Source: Alphaproteobacteria bacterium
GTDB taxonomy: Bacteria; Pseudomonadota; Alphaproteobacteria; Micavibrionales; Micavibrionaceae
Length of the DNA: 64,000 nt
Assembly (NCBI GenBank): GCA_030750865.1
Contig: JASMHE010000010.1
Span: 86,534-150,533, forward strand
Direction: 5' to 3'
Shown here piece after piece: positions 47,441 through 56,524 of this stretch. The notes under the pieces are model-generated. The model was not told where the DNA came from. It did not search any database and was given only the letters and a program-made list of their open reading frames with translations. Within the stretch, counting starts at the first letter, position 1. The number at the start of each line of letters is the position of its first letter. The translations under genes and the position numbers were made by a program.

Positions 47441-48509
47441 TCACAGTTTTCTTGTCTGTTGCGTTTTTATCGGCGCCATTTGTGCCCGGTTTATTGCGGA
47501 AGGCCTCAGGCATCAGGAGCGCGGTTAATTTCTCGGGTGAGAGGGTCATCAGGCCATCGGCGACTTTGGCTGTGTTGCTGGCATCAGCAAAGAACAGGCC
47601 ACCATAATGCGCCGCAGAAAGCAAGCCGCCAAGTCTGCGCGCAATATCCATACGGCTCGGCATCATGTAATGCACGCCGAGTGTGCCGTAAATGCGTGCG
47701 ATTTCACCGGATTCTTCGGCATCAATGCCCGCAGGCATCACCAGAACCGGTTCTATGTTTCCTGCGCCGATCAGGCGGGCGAGGCGACGCATATCTTCCG
47801 GATCAAACGGGTTCATGCCCGCCGTATCAATGTAAATCTCATCAGCGCCGCGTGCCGCTTCGATTTTCGCGCGTAAGTCTTTTGATGAAGCCGCTTTCTG
47901 CAGCGGAACATCCATCAGTTTTGTGAAGGCCTGTAGCTGTTCAATGCCGCCTGCGCGCACGATATCGGTCGAGATAACGGCAATCTTTTTATCATTCATG
48001 GTGCTGCGTGCGGCAAGTTTAGCCGCAATCAATGTCTTGCCCGATCCCGGTGGACCAACAAGCATGGTGGCCTTTTTCGATTTGCTGGTCGAATGCATCG
48101 GGCGGAAGGCGTACAGATGTTCCAGTGCGGCCGTTAACGAGACTTCGGGTTGTTCGATCCCGATGACGCTGGCGCATGAAATGACCTGGTCTGTGATTTC
48201 TTCGGGGACGGCATGACGCAGCATGACGTCGGTTAGCTTCTCTATGACGGCATCTTCGCCGTCAATATCGTTCTCGTCCGTCCAGCGGTCGCCGTAATTC
48301 ACGTGATCGCGATCATCACCGTCAGTATTGTACAATGACTGTGATTGTTCTTCATAACGGTCAGGCTGTTCGATAGCCGCAGTGACGTGCACTGCTTTTC
48401 CGTTTTTTTCTTCGCGTGTTGCGACAATCACTGCGTCTTCTCCTAGAGTGTCTTTGACCATTTGCATGGCTTCAGTCATTGTTTTTGCATAAAAAGATTT
48501 GAGCCGCAT
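47430..48509 (-). CDS. flhF: SRP-type GTPase FlhF, flagellar placement
   Basis: 359 aa. G1 is GPPGSGKT and DTAG is present, with an NG-domain architecture. It lies between flhA and flhG. Confidence 0.88.
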   Translation of the reverse strand: MRLKSFYAKTMTEAMQMVKDTLGEDAVIVATREEKNGKAVHVTAAIEQPDRYEEQSQSLYNTDGDDRDHVNYGDRWTDENDIDGEDAVIEKLTDVMLRHAVPEEITDQVISCASVIGIEQPEVSLTAALEHLYAFRPMHSTSKSKKATMLVGPPGSGKTLIAAKLAARSTMNDKKIAVISTDIVRAGGIEQLQAFTKLMDVPLQKAASSKDLRAKIEAARGADEIYIDTAGMNPFDPEDMRRLARLIGAGNIEPVLVMPAGIDAEESGEIARIYGTLGVHYMMPSRMDIARRLGGLLSAAHYGGLFFADASNTAKVADGLMTLSPEKLTALLMPEAFRNKPGTNGADKNATDKKTVNAG

Positions 48510-48653
48510 GGCAGGATGTACTTTCGAATCAATACTATTATAAAGGAATTATAATAATATTCTATATCATAAAGGTAAACAAACCGTGTGTGAATCCCTT
48601 ATCTGCTTTAATTTGCATTTTTTTAACAGCGCGGGAAATGGACGGAAAGCGTA

Positions 48654-50774
48654 TTAGATTTGCCCCAGAGTTTTGATTTGCGCTTTGGGGTGGATTTCGT
48701 TTTGTGACATGACAATTGTTTGCGGTCTGAAGCGTTCGATCACAGACCGTACATAAGGACGTATGCCGGGTGATGTCAGCAGCACGGGTGATTCCCCTGT
48801 TGCCGCATGTTCTTCGTATTTTTCGCGGACGGCCGTAATGAAATCTTGCAGGCGTGACGGTGGCATCGCCAGCTGTTTTTCTTCGCCGTCGCCGTGCAGC
48901 GCTTCGATAAAGGCCTGTTCCCAGTCCGGTGAAAGCGTCAATAGCGACACAACACCGTTTGCGTTGGTGTTCTGGTTGCAAAGCTGACGGCCCAGACGGG
49001 TGCGTACATGTTCGGTAATCAGCATCGGATTTTTGGTATAGCCAGTTGCTTCGGCAATGCCTTCTAAAATAGTCGGCAGGTCGCGGATGGATACGCGTTC
49101 TGTGACAAGTTTTTGCAAAATGCGCTGCAGGCCGCCAATAGAAATCTGGGACGGGATCACATCGCTGACAAGCTTCTGGTATGGTTCCGGCAGTTCCTTG
49201 AGCAGTTTTTGTGTTTCCGCATAAGAGAGCAAATCAGACATGTTGTCTTTGATAATTTCCGTGATATGCGTTGTGATGACCGTCGGGGCATCAACAACGG
49301 TGTATCCTTTGAAGTGGGCTTCTTCCTGATATTGTGCATCAATCCACATGGCGGGCAGACCGAAGGTCGGCTCAATGGTGTTTTCCCCCGGTAACGAGAT
49401 TTGGTCGCCGGACGGGTCCATGCACAGGAACATGCCCGGGCGGATTTCGCCTCGTCCGACTTCGATTTCCTTGATGTTCACCGTATAGCTGTTAGAGGGC
49501 AGTTGCAGATTGTCCTGAATGCGGACAGACGGCAGGATATAGCCCATATCCTCGGCCAGTTGACGGCGCAGGCCTTTGATTTGTGTTGTCAGTTTGTTTT
49601 CGTCTTCGGCCTGTACGAGAGGCAGAAGACCGTAGCCAAGCTCAACGCGGATCGTGTCAATTGCCAGTGCTTGTGCAATCGGTTCTTCGGCCGGCGTGCC
49701 GTCCGGACGGGCGCCGCCGCTTTCAAGTGCCAATTGTTCGTTGGTTTCTGCCTGAATTTCTTCCTGTCTTTTCCAACTCAGATACGCGACTGTTCCTGTG
49801 ACCGCACTCAGGACGAAAAACGGCATAAAGGGAATGGCCGGAATAAGGCCCAGCGCCAGCATCAGGCTGGACGACATGATCAAGGCCTTCGGGTGGCGGC
49901 CGAATTGTTCGACCATGATTTTGTCGGTGGTGCCTTCGACACCGCCTTTGGAGACAAGAAGACCGGCGGATACAGAAACAATCAGTGCCGGAATTTGGCT
50001 GACAAGACCGTCACCGATTGTCAGGATTGTATAGTTTTGCGCCGCTTCGGCCACGCTCATGTTCTGAAAGACCGTACCGATAATAATGCCGCCAATGACG
50101 TTGATGAAGACGATCAGCAGGCCCGCAATCGCATCCCCGCGCACGAATTTTGCCGCACCATCCATTGCCCCGAAGAACGAGCTTTCGCCCTCCAGTTTCT
50201 TGCGGCGCTCTTTGGCTTCTTCTTCGGTGATCAGACCGGCAGACATATCGGCATCAATCGCCATTTGTTTACCGGGCATGGAATCAAGTGTGAAGCGGGC
50301 GGCGACTTCGGCGATACGGCTGGAACCTTTTGTAATCACGACAAAGTTCACGATGACCAGGATGGCAAAGACAATCCCCCCGACAACGTAGCTGTCCTGA
50401 ATGATGAAACTGCCGAAGGCTTCGATGATCTGTCCGGCCGCATCCCCGCCGGAGTGCCCCTGACTTAGGATCAGGCGTGTGGAAGCCACATTCAGCCCCA
50501 ATCTGAGCGAGGTTGTTAAAAGCAATATGGTCGGGAAGGACGAGAAATCCAGCGGCGTGGCCAGAAACAGAACCGTCATCAAAACCATGATGGAAAGCGT
50601 GATCGAGATGGCAAGGCCGCCATCCAGAACCCATGTCGGAATAGGGATCAGCATAAACAGCAAAATGCAGATGATGCCGATTGCGAACACGACATCGCCC
50701 CGAAAAAAGTTTCGGAAAATCTGTGCGCCCTGACCGGGTCCGGTCGTATTCTTTTCAACAGATGAGTCTGACAT
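48654..50774 (-). CDS. flhA: Flagellar export gate protein FlhA
   Basis: 706 aa. It has an N-terminal 8-TM domain with FHIPEP-type motifs (AEVAARFTLDSMPGKQMAIDAD, GAMDGAAKFVRGDAIAG) and a large cytoplasmic C-terminal domain. Confidence 0.97.
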   Translation of the reverse strand: MSDSSVEKNTTGPGQGAQIFRNFFRGDVVFAIGIICILLFMLIPIPTWVLDGGLAISITLSIMVLMTVLFLATPLDFSSFPTILLLTTSLRLGLNVASTRLILSQGHSGGDAAGQIIEAFGSFIIQDSYVVGGIVFAILVIVNFVVITKGSSRIAEVAARFTLDSMPGKQMAIDADMSAGLITEEEAKERRKKLEGESSFFGAMDGAAKFVRGDAIAGLLIVFINVIGGIIIGTVFQNMSVAEAAQNYTILTIGDGLVSQIPALIVSVSAGLLVSKGGVEGTTDKIMVEQFGRHPKALIMSSSLMLALGLIPAIPFMPFFVLSAVTGTVAYLSWKRQEEIQAETNEQLALESGGARPDGTPAEEPIAQALAIDTIRVELGYGLLPLVQAEDENKLTTQIKGLRRQLAEDMGYILPSVRIQDNLQLPSNSYTVNIKEIEVGRGEIRPGMFLCMDPSGDQISLPGENTIEPTFGLPAMWIDAQYQEEAHFKGYTVVDAPTVITTHITEIIKDNMSDLLSYAETQKLLKELPEPYQKLVSDVIPSQISIGGLQRILQKLVTERVSIRDLPTILEGIAEATGYTKNPMLITEHVRTRLGRQLCNQNTNANGVVSLLTLSPDWEQAFIEALHGDGEEKQLAMPPSRLQDFITAVREKYEEHAATGESPVLLTSPGIRPYVRSVIERFRPQTIVMSQNEIHPKAQIKTLGQI

Positions 50775-50953
50775 GACCTTTTGACTTTAAAATATTGGCG
50801 ATAAGAAAAATGCCCTAGCTTACAGTTTACGCTTTATGCGGTTCAGTTGCAAACACTTCTGGTCAGTTCTGTTGCGATGTTGTGTGCCGTAAAAGTTGCG
50901 TTTTTATTCAAAATCGCTTATATCGTATTTCTTTTGAATTCAAATGGATATAA

Positions 50954-51868
50954 ATGCGTTTTAAAAGCATAAATAGACGGGTGTTCCGCGTTGGTGTGAT
51001 GTGTTTTCTTCTGCTCTGCATGGCAGGGTGTTCGGAAGAAAATCTGCCCTATATTTCACGTTTGCATCAGACATATGTGGTGCAGGATGATTTTCAGGAC
51101 ACGCTGAAGGCGGAATATAAAAACCTTGCCGCGTTCGAGGAAGACGAGCGTCACGATGCACCTGCGGCCGAGCATTACATGGCAAAGGCCCGTGATGCAT
51201 CTTGGGGCAAGAAAGTTGCGCCTGATACACTTGAAATGTACCCCGATATTCCCAAAAAATATCACCGTAAAATCAACGAAGCCCGCGATATGTTGCTTGA
51301 TGCGATTGATACGATGTTTATCCCCGAAAATGAAGGTCTGCTTGCGATCGCGCAAACAAAATATGATTGCTGGTTGCATTATAGAAATGAACTGAAAAAC
51401 CGTCCTGCGAATCTGGCCTGCGAAGAAGATTTTTATAACGCGCTGCGTAATTTGCAAATGCCGGGGGCTTATAGCGGCGTGTTTAATGTGTATTTCGGAT
51501 CAAACGAAACGCAATTATCCGGCGAAGGGTTCGAAACAGTCCGCGAAGTGGCTGAAATCTATGGCAACCGTAGTCACTGGACAATTATTCTGACGGGGCA
51601 TACGGACAGTGTCGGGAATCGTACAAAGAACAAGACGCTGTCTTTGCGCCGTGCGGTCGCCGTCAAAAACGCATTGGCGCAATATGGTGTTGATTTTGAC
51701 AATATCGCGATCAGTGCCGATGGTGAAGAGCGTGTCGCAGGGGAGGGTGACGCCGATAACGCAGAAAGCCGCCGTGTCAGCATTGCCTTTAAACCGGGAT
51801 TCGTAACGGATTCAGTTATTCGTGATATCAGTGAATATGAAGGCTGGCGCCACATTGGCGGTAATTAG
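50954..51868 (+). CDS. OmpA/MotB-domain lipoprotein within the flagellar region
   Basis: The signal peptide has a lipobox-like LLLCMAGC. The C-terminal peptidoglycan-binding domain reads LTGHTDSVGNRTKNKTLSLRRAVAVKNAL. The N-terminal ~170 aa are unrecognised. Confidence 0.85.
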   Translation: MRFKSINRRVFRVGVMCFLLLCMAGCSEENLPYISRLHQTYVVQDDFQDTLKAEYKNLAAFEEDERHDAPAAEHYMAKARDASWGKKVAPDTLEMYPDIPKKYHRKINEARDMLLDAIDTMFIPENEGLLAIAQTKYDCWLHYRNELKNRPANLACEEDFYNALRNLQMPGAYSGVFNVYFGSNETQLSGEGFETVREVAEIYGNRSHWTIILTGHTDSVGNRTKNKTLSLRRAVAVKNALAQYGVDFDNIAISADGEERVAGEGDADNAESRRVSIAFKPGFVTDSVIRDISEYEGWRHIGGN

Positions 51869-51901
51869 ACGCTCTTCTAGATGCTCTTCGCGCTACGCCT
51901 T

Positions 51902-53317
51902 TTAACTGCCTGATCCGGCATTGGGGATATCAACCCCTTCTTCTTTATATTGATTGAGTTTATTGCGCAGTGTTCTGATCGAAATACCCAGAATATTGGC
52001 CGCATGCGTACGGTTGCCAACGCAATGTTCCAGTGTGTTGACGATCATGTCGCGCTCGACTTCGGCCATTGTCTTACCGATCAGGCTTTCAACGCCGCTT
52101 TTATTCTGAAGGGCTTGTCCGGCATCGTCTTGTGCTGCGGCATCACTGCCGCTGTCTGCCGGTGCATTTATTGCTGCGGCGCTTGAGGGTGCGGCCGGTG
52201 TTGCATTGTCGTCGCCGAAAGAACTCTGGATCATGATGGCGGATGCTTCGATTTCATCCTGCACAGACATCAGAATTGCGCGGTGCATCGTGTTTTCCAG
52301 TTCACGGATATTGCCGCGCCATCCGTTTGATTTGACGTGTTCTTGCGCTTCTTTGGACAGTTTCTTTTTATCGACACCGTTTTGTTCTGCGTATTTGTCG
52401 GCAAAAAATTGCGCCAGCGGTACGATATCTGACGGACGTTCGCGCAGGGCAGGCAGTTTCAGGTTCACCACATTCAGGCGGAAATATAAATCTTCGCGGA
52501 AATCACCGTTTTGAACGGCGGCTTCCATGTTGCGGTTTGATGTTGCAATGATGCGGACATCAATTTTAACGTTATTGTTGCTGCCGATCCGTGTGATTTC
52601 GCGTTCCTGAATGGCGCGCAGCAATTTGGCCTGCAACAGCGGGTGCATTTCCGTGACTTCGTCCAGCAACAGCGTGCCGCCATTGGCTTCTTCGAATTTC
52701 CCGATCCGGCGGTTTGCTGCACCCGTAAAGGCACCTTTTTCATGGCCGAACAGCTCTGATTCAAGCAGGTTTTCAGGGATCGCGGCGCAGTTCACAGCGA
52801 TCATAGGGCCGTCTTTGCGCTTGGATTTTCTGTGAATGAAGCTCGACATGACTTCTTTACCTGTGCCGGATTCCCCTGTGATCAGCACAGTCGCATCACT
52901 CGGTGCGATTTTTTCAGCCATTTCGACAACGGATTTCATGGCGGGATCGCCCGCAATCATGTCGTTGCCTTCCTGCGTTACCGCTTCCAGAACGGCGGCA
53001 ATCAGATCGGCATCAGGGGGCAGGGGCACATATTCTTTTGCCCCATCCTGAATGGCTTTGACGGCGCTGCGTGCATCGGTCCCGATACCGCAGGCCACGA
53101 CAGGCATGTGGATGCGCTCTTTTTCCAGTGCAGCGACAAAACCGGCAATGTCCTGTTTGATATCGACCATCGCCAGATCGGCGCCTTTGCCGTTTAACAG
53201 TGCGCCGAGGGCTTGTTCTTTGTCTTCGCAATGAATAACACGTGCGCCGCGTTGCAAGGCGATTTTCCCTGCGGTGCTGATATATCCTTCCAGATTTCCG
53301 ACAATCATAAGACGCAT
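51902..53317 (-). CDS. flbD: Sigma-54-dependent flagellar transcriptional activator (FlbD-type)
   Basis: The receiver-like N-terminus MRLMIVGNLEGY lacks the usual acidic pair. The AAA+ core has GESGTGKE and the ELFGHEKGAFTGA sigma-54 contact loop. A C-terminal Fis-type HTH is present (NRTHAANILGISIRTLRNKL). Confidence 0.85.
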   Translation of the reverse strand: MRLMIVGNLEGYISTAGKIALQRGARVIHCEDKEQALGALLNGKGADLAMVDIKQDIAGFVAALEKERIHMPVVACGIGTDARSAVKAIQDGAKEYVPLPPDADLIAAVLEAVTQEGNDMIAGDPAMKSVVEMAEKIAPSDATVLITGESGTGKEVMSSFIHRKSKRKDGPMIAVNCAAIPENLLESELFGHEKGAFTGAANRRIGKFEEANGGTLLLDEVTEMHPLLQAKLLRAIQEREITRIGSNNNVKIDVRIIATSNRNMEAAVQNGDFREDLYFRLNVVNLKLPALRERPSDIVPLAQFFADKYAEQNGVDKKKLSKEAQEHVKSNGWRGNIRELENTMHRAILMSVQDEIEASAIMIQSSFGDDNATPAAPSSAAAINAPADSGSDAAAQDDAGQALQNKSGVESLIGKTMAEVERDMIVNTLEHCVGNRTHAANILGISIRTLRNKLNQYKEEGVDIPNAGSGS

Positions 53318-53356
53318 AATGTTTTAAGCTCCTGTTATTTGCTTTGTGTTCTTTAA

Positions 53357-54208
53357 TTACTTAAAGAATTTAATTCTTTTTTCCGGTGGCAGGATGCTGT
53401 TCAAAATCATTTCAAGCCGTCTTGGGTTTTCCTGCCGTACGATCGACCCCATAGCGGTTAATATAATACTCTTCGACAAGATTTCATCACTGGAGTTGCG
53501 TTCCAGTTTCGCGCTCAGCGGCGAAAGAACAATCGTGCCCATGATCGCACCATAAAACGTGGTCAGCAATGCAACTGCCATCGCCGGACCGATCGAAGCC
53601 GGATCATCAAGCTGGGCAAGCATCTGCACCAGACCGACAAGTGTCCCGATCAGGCCCATCGCCGGCGCGATATCTGCCGCGCGTTTTAAAATGCTGGCAG
53701 ACCGTTTGTGTCGTTCGGCAAGCGAGCTTATTTCCCGTTGCATAATTTCATCAATTTCATCTGCGCTATATCCGTCTGTGACCAATAAAACGGATTTGTG
53801 CAAATAAGGATCGGCCTGCAATTCTTTGTCGGCGGCAGACAGGGATAGAATGCCTCTCTTGCGGGCTTCCGTTGCGATGATTAAAAGTTGGATGGCCAAT
53901 TTTGACGGGTCACGGACTTGCCGCATGATTGTTTTGCGGACGATGCCGGGGAAGGCGCGAAGTTCTTCGCCGGAATATGATACGCTGGTGGCGGCCATCG
54001 TCCCGAAAATGACGATCATGAAAGCCGGTACGTTGAGAAAGTTCGCGTTGCTCTGACCGATGATGATCGCGCCGATAATCAGGCCGAAAGACACAAGAAG
54101 TCCTAAAATTGTTGCAAAATCAATCTGCGTGCTTGGTGCCTCGATATTTAGGTTGGCAATCTTTGTGGCACGGTTTGCAGTTGATGTTGACGCAATGTCA
54201 CTGACCAT
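53357..54208 (-). CDS. motA: Flagellar stator protein MotA
   Basis: 283 aa with a MotA/TolQ/ExbB channel signature in the C-terminal TM pair (IAPAMGLIGTLVGLVQML...GPAMAVALLTTFYGAIMG). No motB lies adjacent. Confidence 0.9.
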   Translation of the reverse strand: MVSDIASTSTANRATKIANLNIEAPSTQIDFATILGLLVSFGLIIGAIIIGQSNANFLNVPAFMIVIFGTMAATSVSYSGEELRAFPGIVRKTIMRQVRDPSKLAIQLLIIATEARKRGILSLSAADKELQADPYLHKSVLLVTDGYSADEIDEIMQREISSLAERHKRSASILKRAADIAPAMGLIGTLVGLVQMLAQLDDPASIGPAMAVALLTTFYGAIMGTIVLSPLSAKLERNSSDEILSKSIILTAMGSIVRQENPRRLEMILNSILPPEKRIKFFK

Positions 54209-54249
54209 TTTGACCCGTTTCCCTATCTCGTTTTGTGCTTAAATCCGTG

Positions 54250-54654
54250 TTAGCTGCGATCCGATTTCACAATTTCGGTCATCGTTACCCCAAGTTTATC
54301 TTCCACAACAACGACTTCGCCACGTGCGACCAGACGGTTGTTGACGTAAATGTCGATGGCTTCGCCGACTTTTCTGTCTAACTCGACCACAGCACCACGC
54401 CCCAGTTTCAACAGCTGACTGACCTGCATGTTTGATCGGCCGAGGACGGCTGAAATCTGGACGGGAATATCATAAATGGCTGTGACATCATTGGCCATTG
54501 CTTCGCCGATTTCAAAATCGTTGGCATCATCGTCATCAGGTAGCGATGATTCAATCTCTTTATATTCCGGATTTTTCTTCTCGGCCGTATCGGCAGCTGC
54601 CGCAGCATCTGCGGCTTCTTCTGGTTTCTCATTTTCTGTGTTGTCATCACTCAT
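54250..54654 (-). CDS. fliN: Flagellar motor switch protein FliN
   Basis: C-terminal SpoA domain: IPVQISAVLGRSNMQVSQLLKLGRGAVVELDRKVGEAIDIYVNNRLVARGEVVVVEDKLGVTMTEIV. The start at 54654 overlaps the fliH end by 8 nt (alternative 54672). Confidence 0.92.
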   Translation of the reverse strand: MSDDNTENEKPEEAADAAAAADTAEKKNPEYKEIESSLPDDDDANDFEIGEAMANDVTAIYDIPVQISAVLGRSNMQVSQLLKLGRGAVVELDRKVGEAIDIYVNNRLVARGEVVVVEDKLGVTMTEIVKSDRS

Positions 54655-55474
54655 GAGTCTTCTCCGTTTCATTGCTTTGCGGATGATCGTCTGTCAGCGG
54701 GTCCGCATCATCAATATTATTTTGATTATGGTCCGGTTCGGCTTCGTGTTCCGGCGTTTGTACAGAAGGCGCAGCCTGTTTTGTGGCGGAAGCATCCTGC
54801 GTTTCAGGTTCATCGCTTTCATTATCGCTTACTTGCGGCATCTCAGCAAGGATATGTTGTAAATTCTCCATAATTTCTGATGAAATGCCGGACGCATCAC
54901 GTTTTGCGCCGCCATCGTCCCATGAAATAAGGCAATCACTGAACCCGAAGCCGGTTTTGACCTGCAGGTTCACGGTCGCGTCTGTGTTCAGTTGCGGCCG
55001 TATTTGTTCATCGAAATAGACTTTCAGCTCGTCAATAACTTCGGATGAGACTTCGACTTTTATATTCGAGGCCGATTTTTGGCTGCGCAGGGCGTTTTCA
55101 ATCAGGTTTTTGACTTCGTCCAGACCGTGTTTGCGTTCGAATGCCGGGAACAGTTTGCTCGTGATTTCCAGTGTCAGATTGATGACATCCCGTTCATAGA
55201 GTGCGGCACGTTTTTCTTCTTCCTGTAAAAAGGTTTTGAAGATGCCGACCATATCTTCTGTCAGTTCGACAAGCGCCTGTTCGCGGGAGCGGGCGGCATC
55301 ACGCAGCGCAGCTTCGCGGCCTTCTTCAAAGGCAACCTTTTTGGCTTGTTCCAGTTCTTCTTCGTTAAAGACAGGGGCAGGCGGTTCTTCGACATAATCA
55401 TCATTGAAGTTGTTTTTGTCGAAAAAGAATTTTTGCGGTTTGGCCTTGTCTTTATCTTTGAGATCTTCTGTCAT
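54647..55474 (-). CDS. fliH: Flagellar assembly protein FliH-like
   Basis: 275 aa between fliG and fliN. It has the charged helical motif EEELEQAKKVAFEEGREAALRDAARSRE typical of FliH/FlbE-position proteins. Confidence 0.65.
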   Translation of the reverse strand: MTEDLKDKDKAKPQKFFFDKNNFNDDYVEEPPAPVFNEEELEQAKKVAFEEGREAALRDAARSREQALVELTEDMVGIFKTFLQEEEKRAALYERDVINLTLEITSKLFPAFERKHGLDEVKNLIENALRSQKSASNIKVEVSSEVIDELKVYFDEQIRPQLNTDATVNLQVKTGFGFSDCLISWDDGGAKRDASGISSEIMENLQHILAEMPQVSDNESDEPETQDASATKQAAPSVQTPEHEAEPDHNQNNIDDADPLTDDHPQSNETEKTHE

Positions 55475-55481
55475 CTTTTCT

Positions 55482-56498
55482 CTAGTAGATCAGCTCATCT
55501 TCCTCGTTTCCGGCGGAAATAACGATTTCGCCACGGCTTTCGAGGTCTTTTGTTACGTTCACAATATATTGCTGAGCTTCTTCGACATCTTTCAGGCGTA
55601 CAGGTCCCATTGCGGCCATGTCTTCTTTCATAATCTTCGCGGCACGCTCGGACATGTTCGAGAAGAACAGATCACGCAACGATTCTGTCGCGCCTTTCAG
55701 GGCAATCGGAAGCTTATCTTTATCGACGGCACGGATAACAGTCTGGATCGCGGTCGGATCGAGGTTAAGCAGGTCCTCGAACGTAAACATGAGGCTGCGG
55801 ATTTTCTCGGCCGATTCAGGCATAGCTTTTTCAAGCTCTTCCATGAACTTGCTTTCAATAGAGCGGTCAAGGCTGTTGAAGATTTCAGCCATCAGTTCAT
55901 GCGAGTCGCGGCGCTGTGTGCGGGACAGGTTCGCCATGAATTCGGTGCGTAATGTACGCTCGACATCTTCGAGGACTTCTTTTTGCACGGCTTCCATGTG
56001 CAACATACGGTTAACGACCTCGAGCGCGAAATTTTCCGGCAGAAGGGCGAGGACGCGGGCGGCGTGATCCGTCTGGATTTTAGACAAAACGACAGCGACC
56101 GTTTGCGGATATTCTTTTTGCAGAAAGTTGGACAGAATTTCTTCGTTCACATTGCCCAGCTTTTCCCACATGGTGCGACCGGCAGGGCCGCGGATTTCTT
56201 CCATGATACTGCTGACTTTTTCTTCGCCGAGGACGCGGGTCAAAAGACGTTCCGTGCTGCCGAGGGAGCCGACAAGAGAGTTTGTCGAGCTCATCTGTTC
56301 GGCGAAATCAACGAAAAGGCGTTCAACAACCTTAGAGCTGATTTTACCGAGATTGGCCATTGTTTGTGAAATCTCCATGATTTCATCATCGTCCATATGC
56401 TCGAAAATCTTGGCTGTATGGTCTTCGCCGAGCGCAAGCAAAAAGATCGACGCTTTTTCAGCTCCGCTTAATGTCCTGTAATCTTCCCGTGCGCGCAT
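55482..56498 (-). CDS. fliG: Flagellar motor switch protein FliG
   Basis: 338 aa. [17 protein letters not shown] at the N-terminus, and C-terminal torque-helix region motifs ([24 protein letters not shown]). Confidence 0.95.
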   Translation of the reverse strand: MRAREDYRTLSGAEKASIFLLALGEDHTAKIFEHMDDDEIMEISQTMANLGKISSKVVERLFVDFAEQMSSTNSLVGSLGSTERLLTRVLGEEKVSSIMEEIRGPAGRTMWEKLGNVNEEILSNFLQKEYPQTVAVVLSKIQTDHAARVLALLPENFALEVVNRMLHMEAVQKEVLEDVERTLRTEFMANLSRTQRRDSHELMAEIFNSLDRSIESKFMEELEKAMPESAEKIRSLMFTFEDLLNLDPTAIQTVIRAVDKDKLPIALKGATESLRDLFFSNMSERAAKIMKEDMAAMGPVRLKDVEEAQQYIVNVTKDLESRGEIVISAGNEEDELIY

Positions 56499-56524
56499 TT
56501 ATTGTGTTTCCTGTCTTCTGTGTT

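Noticed and set aside
49401-50468. 355-aa plus-strand ORF
   Set aside because: It lies entirely antisense to flhA, whose identity is unambiguous. The translation is Arg/Gly/Asp/Phe-rich with no motif. Such ORFs are typical shadows opposite a long gene.
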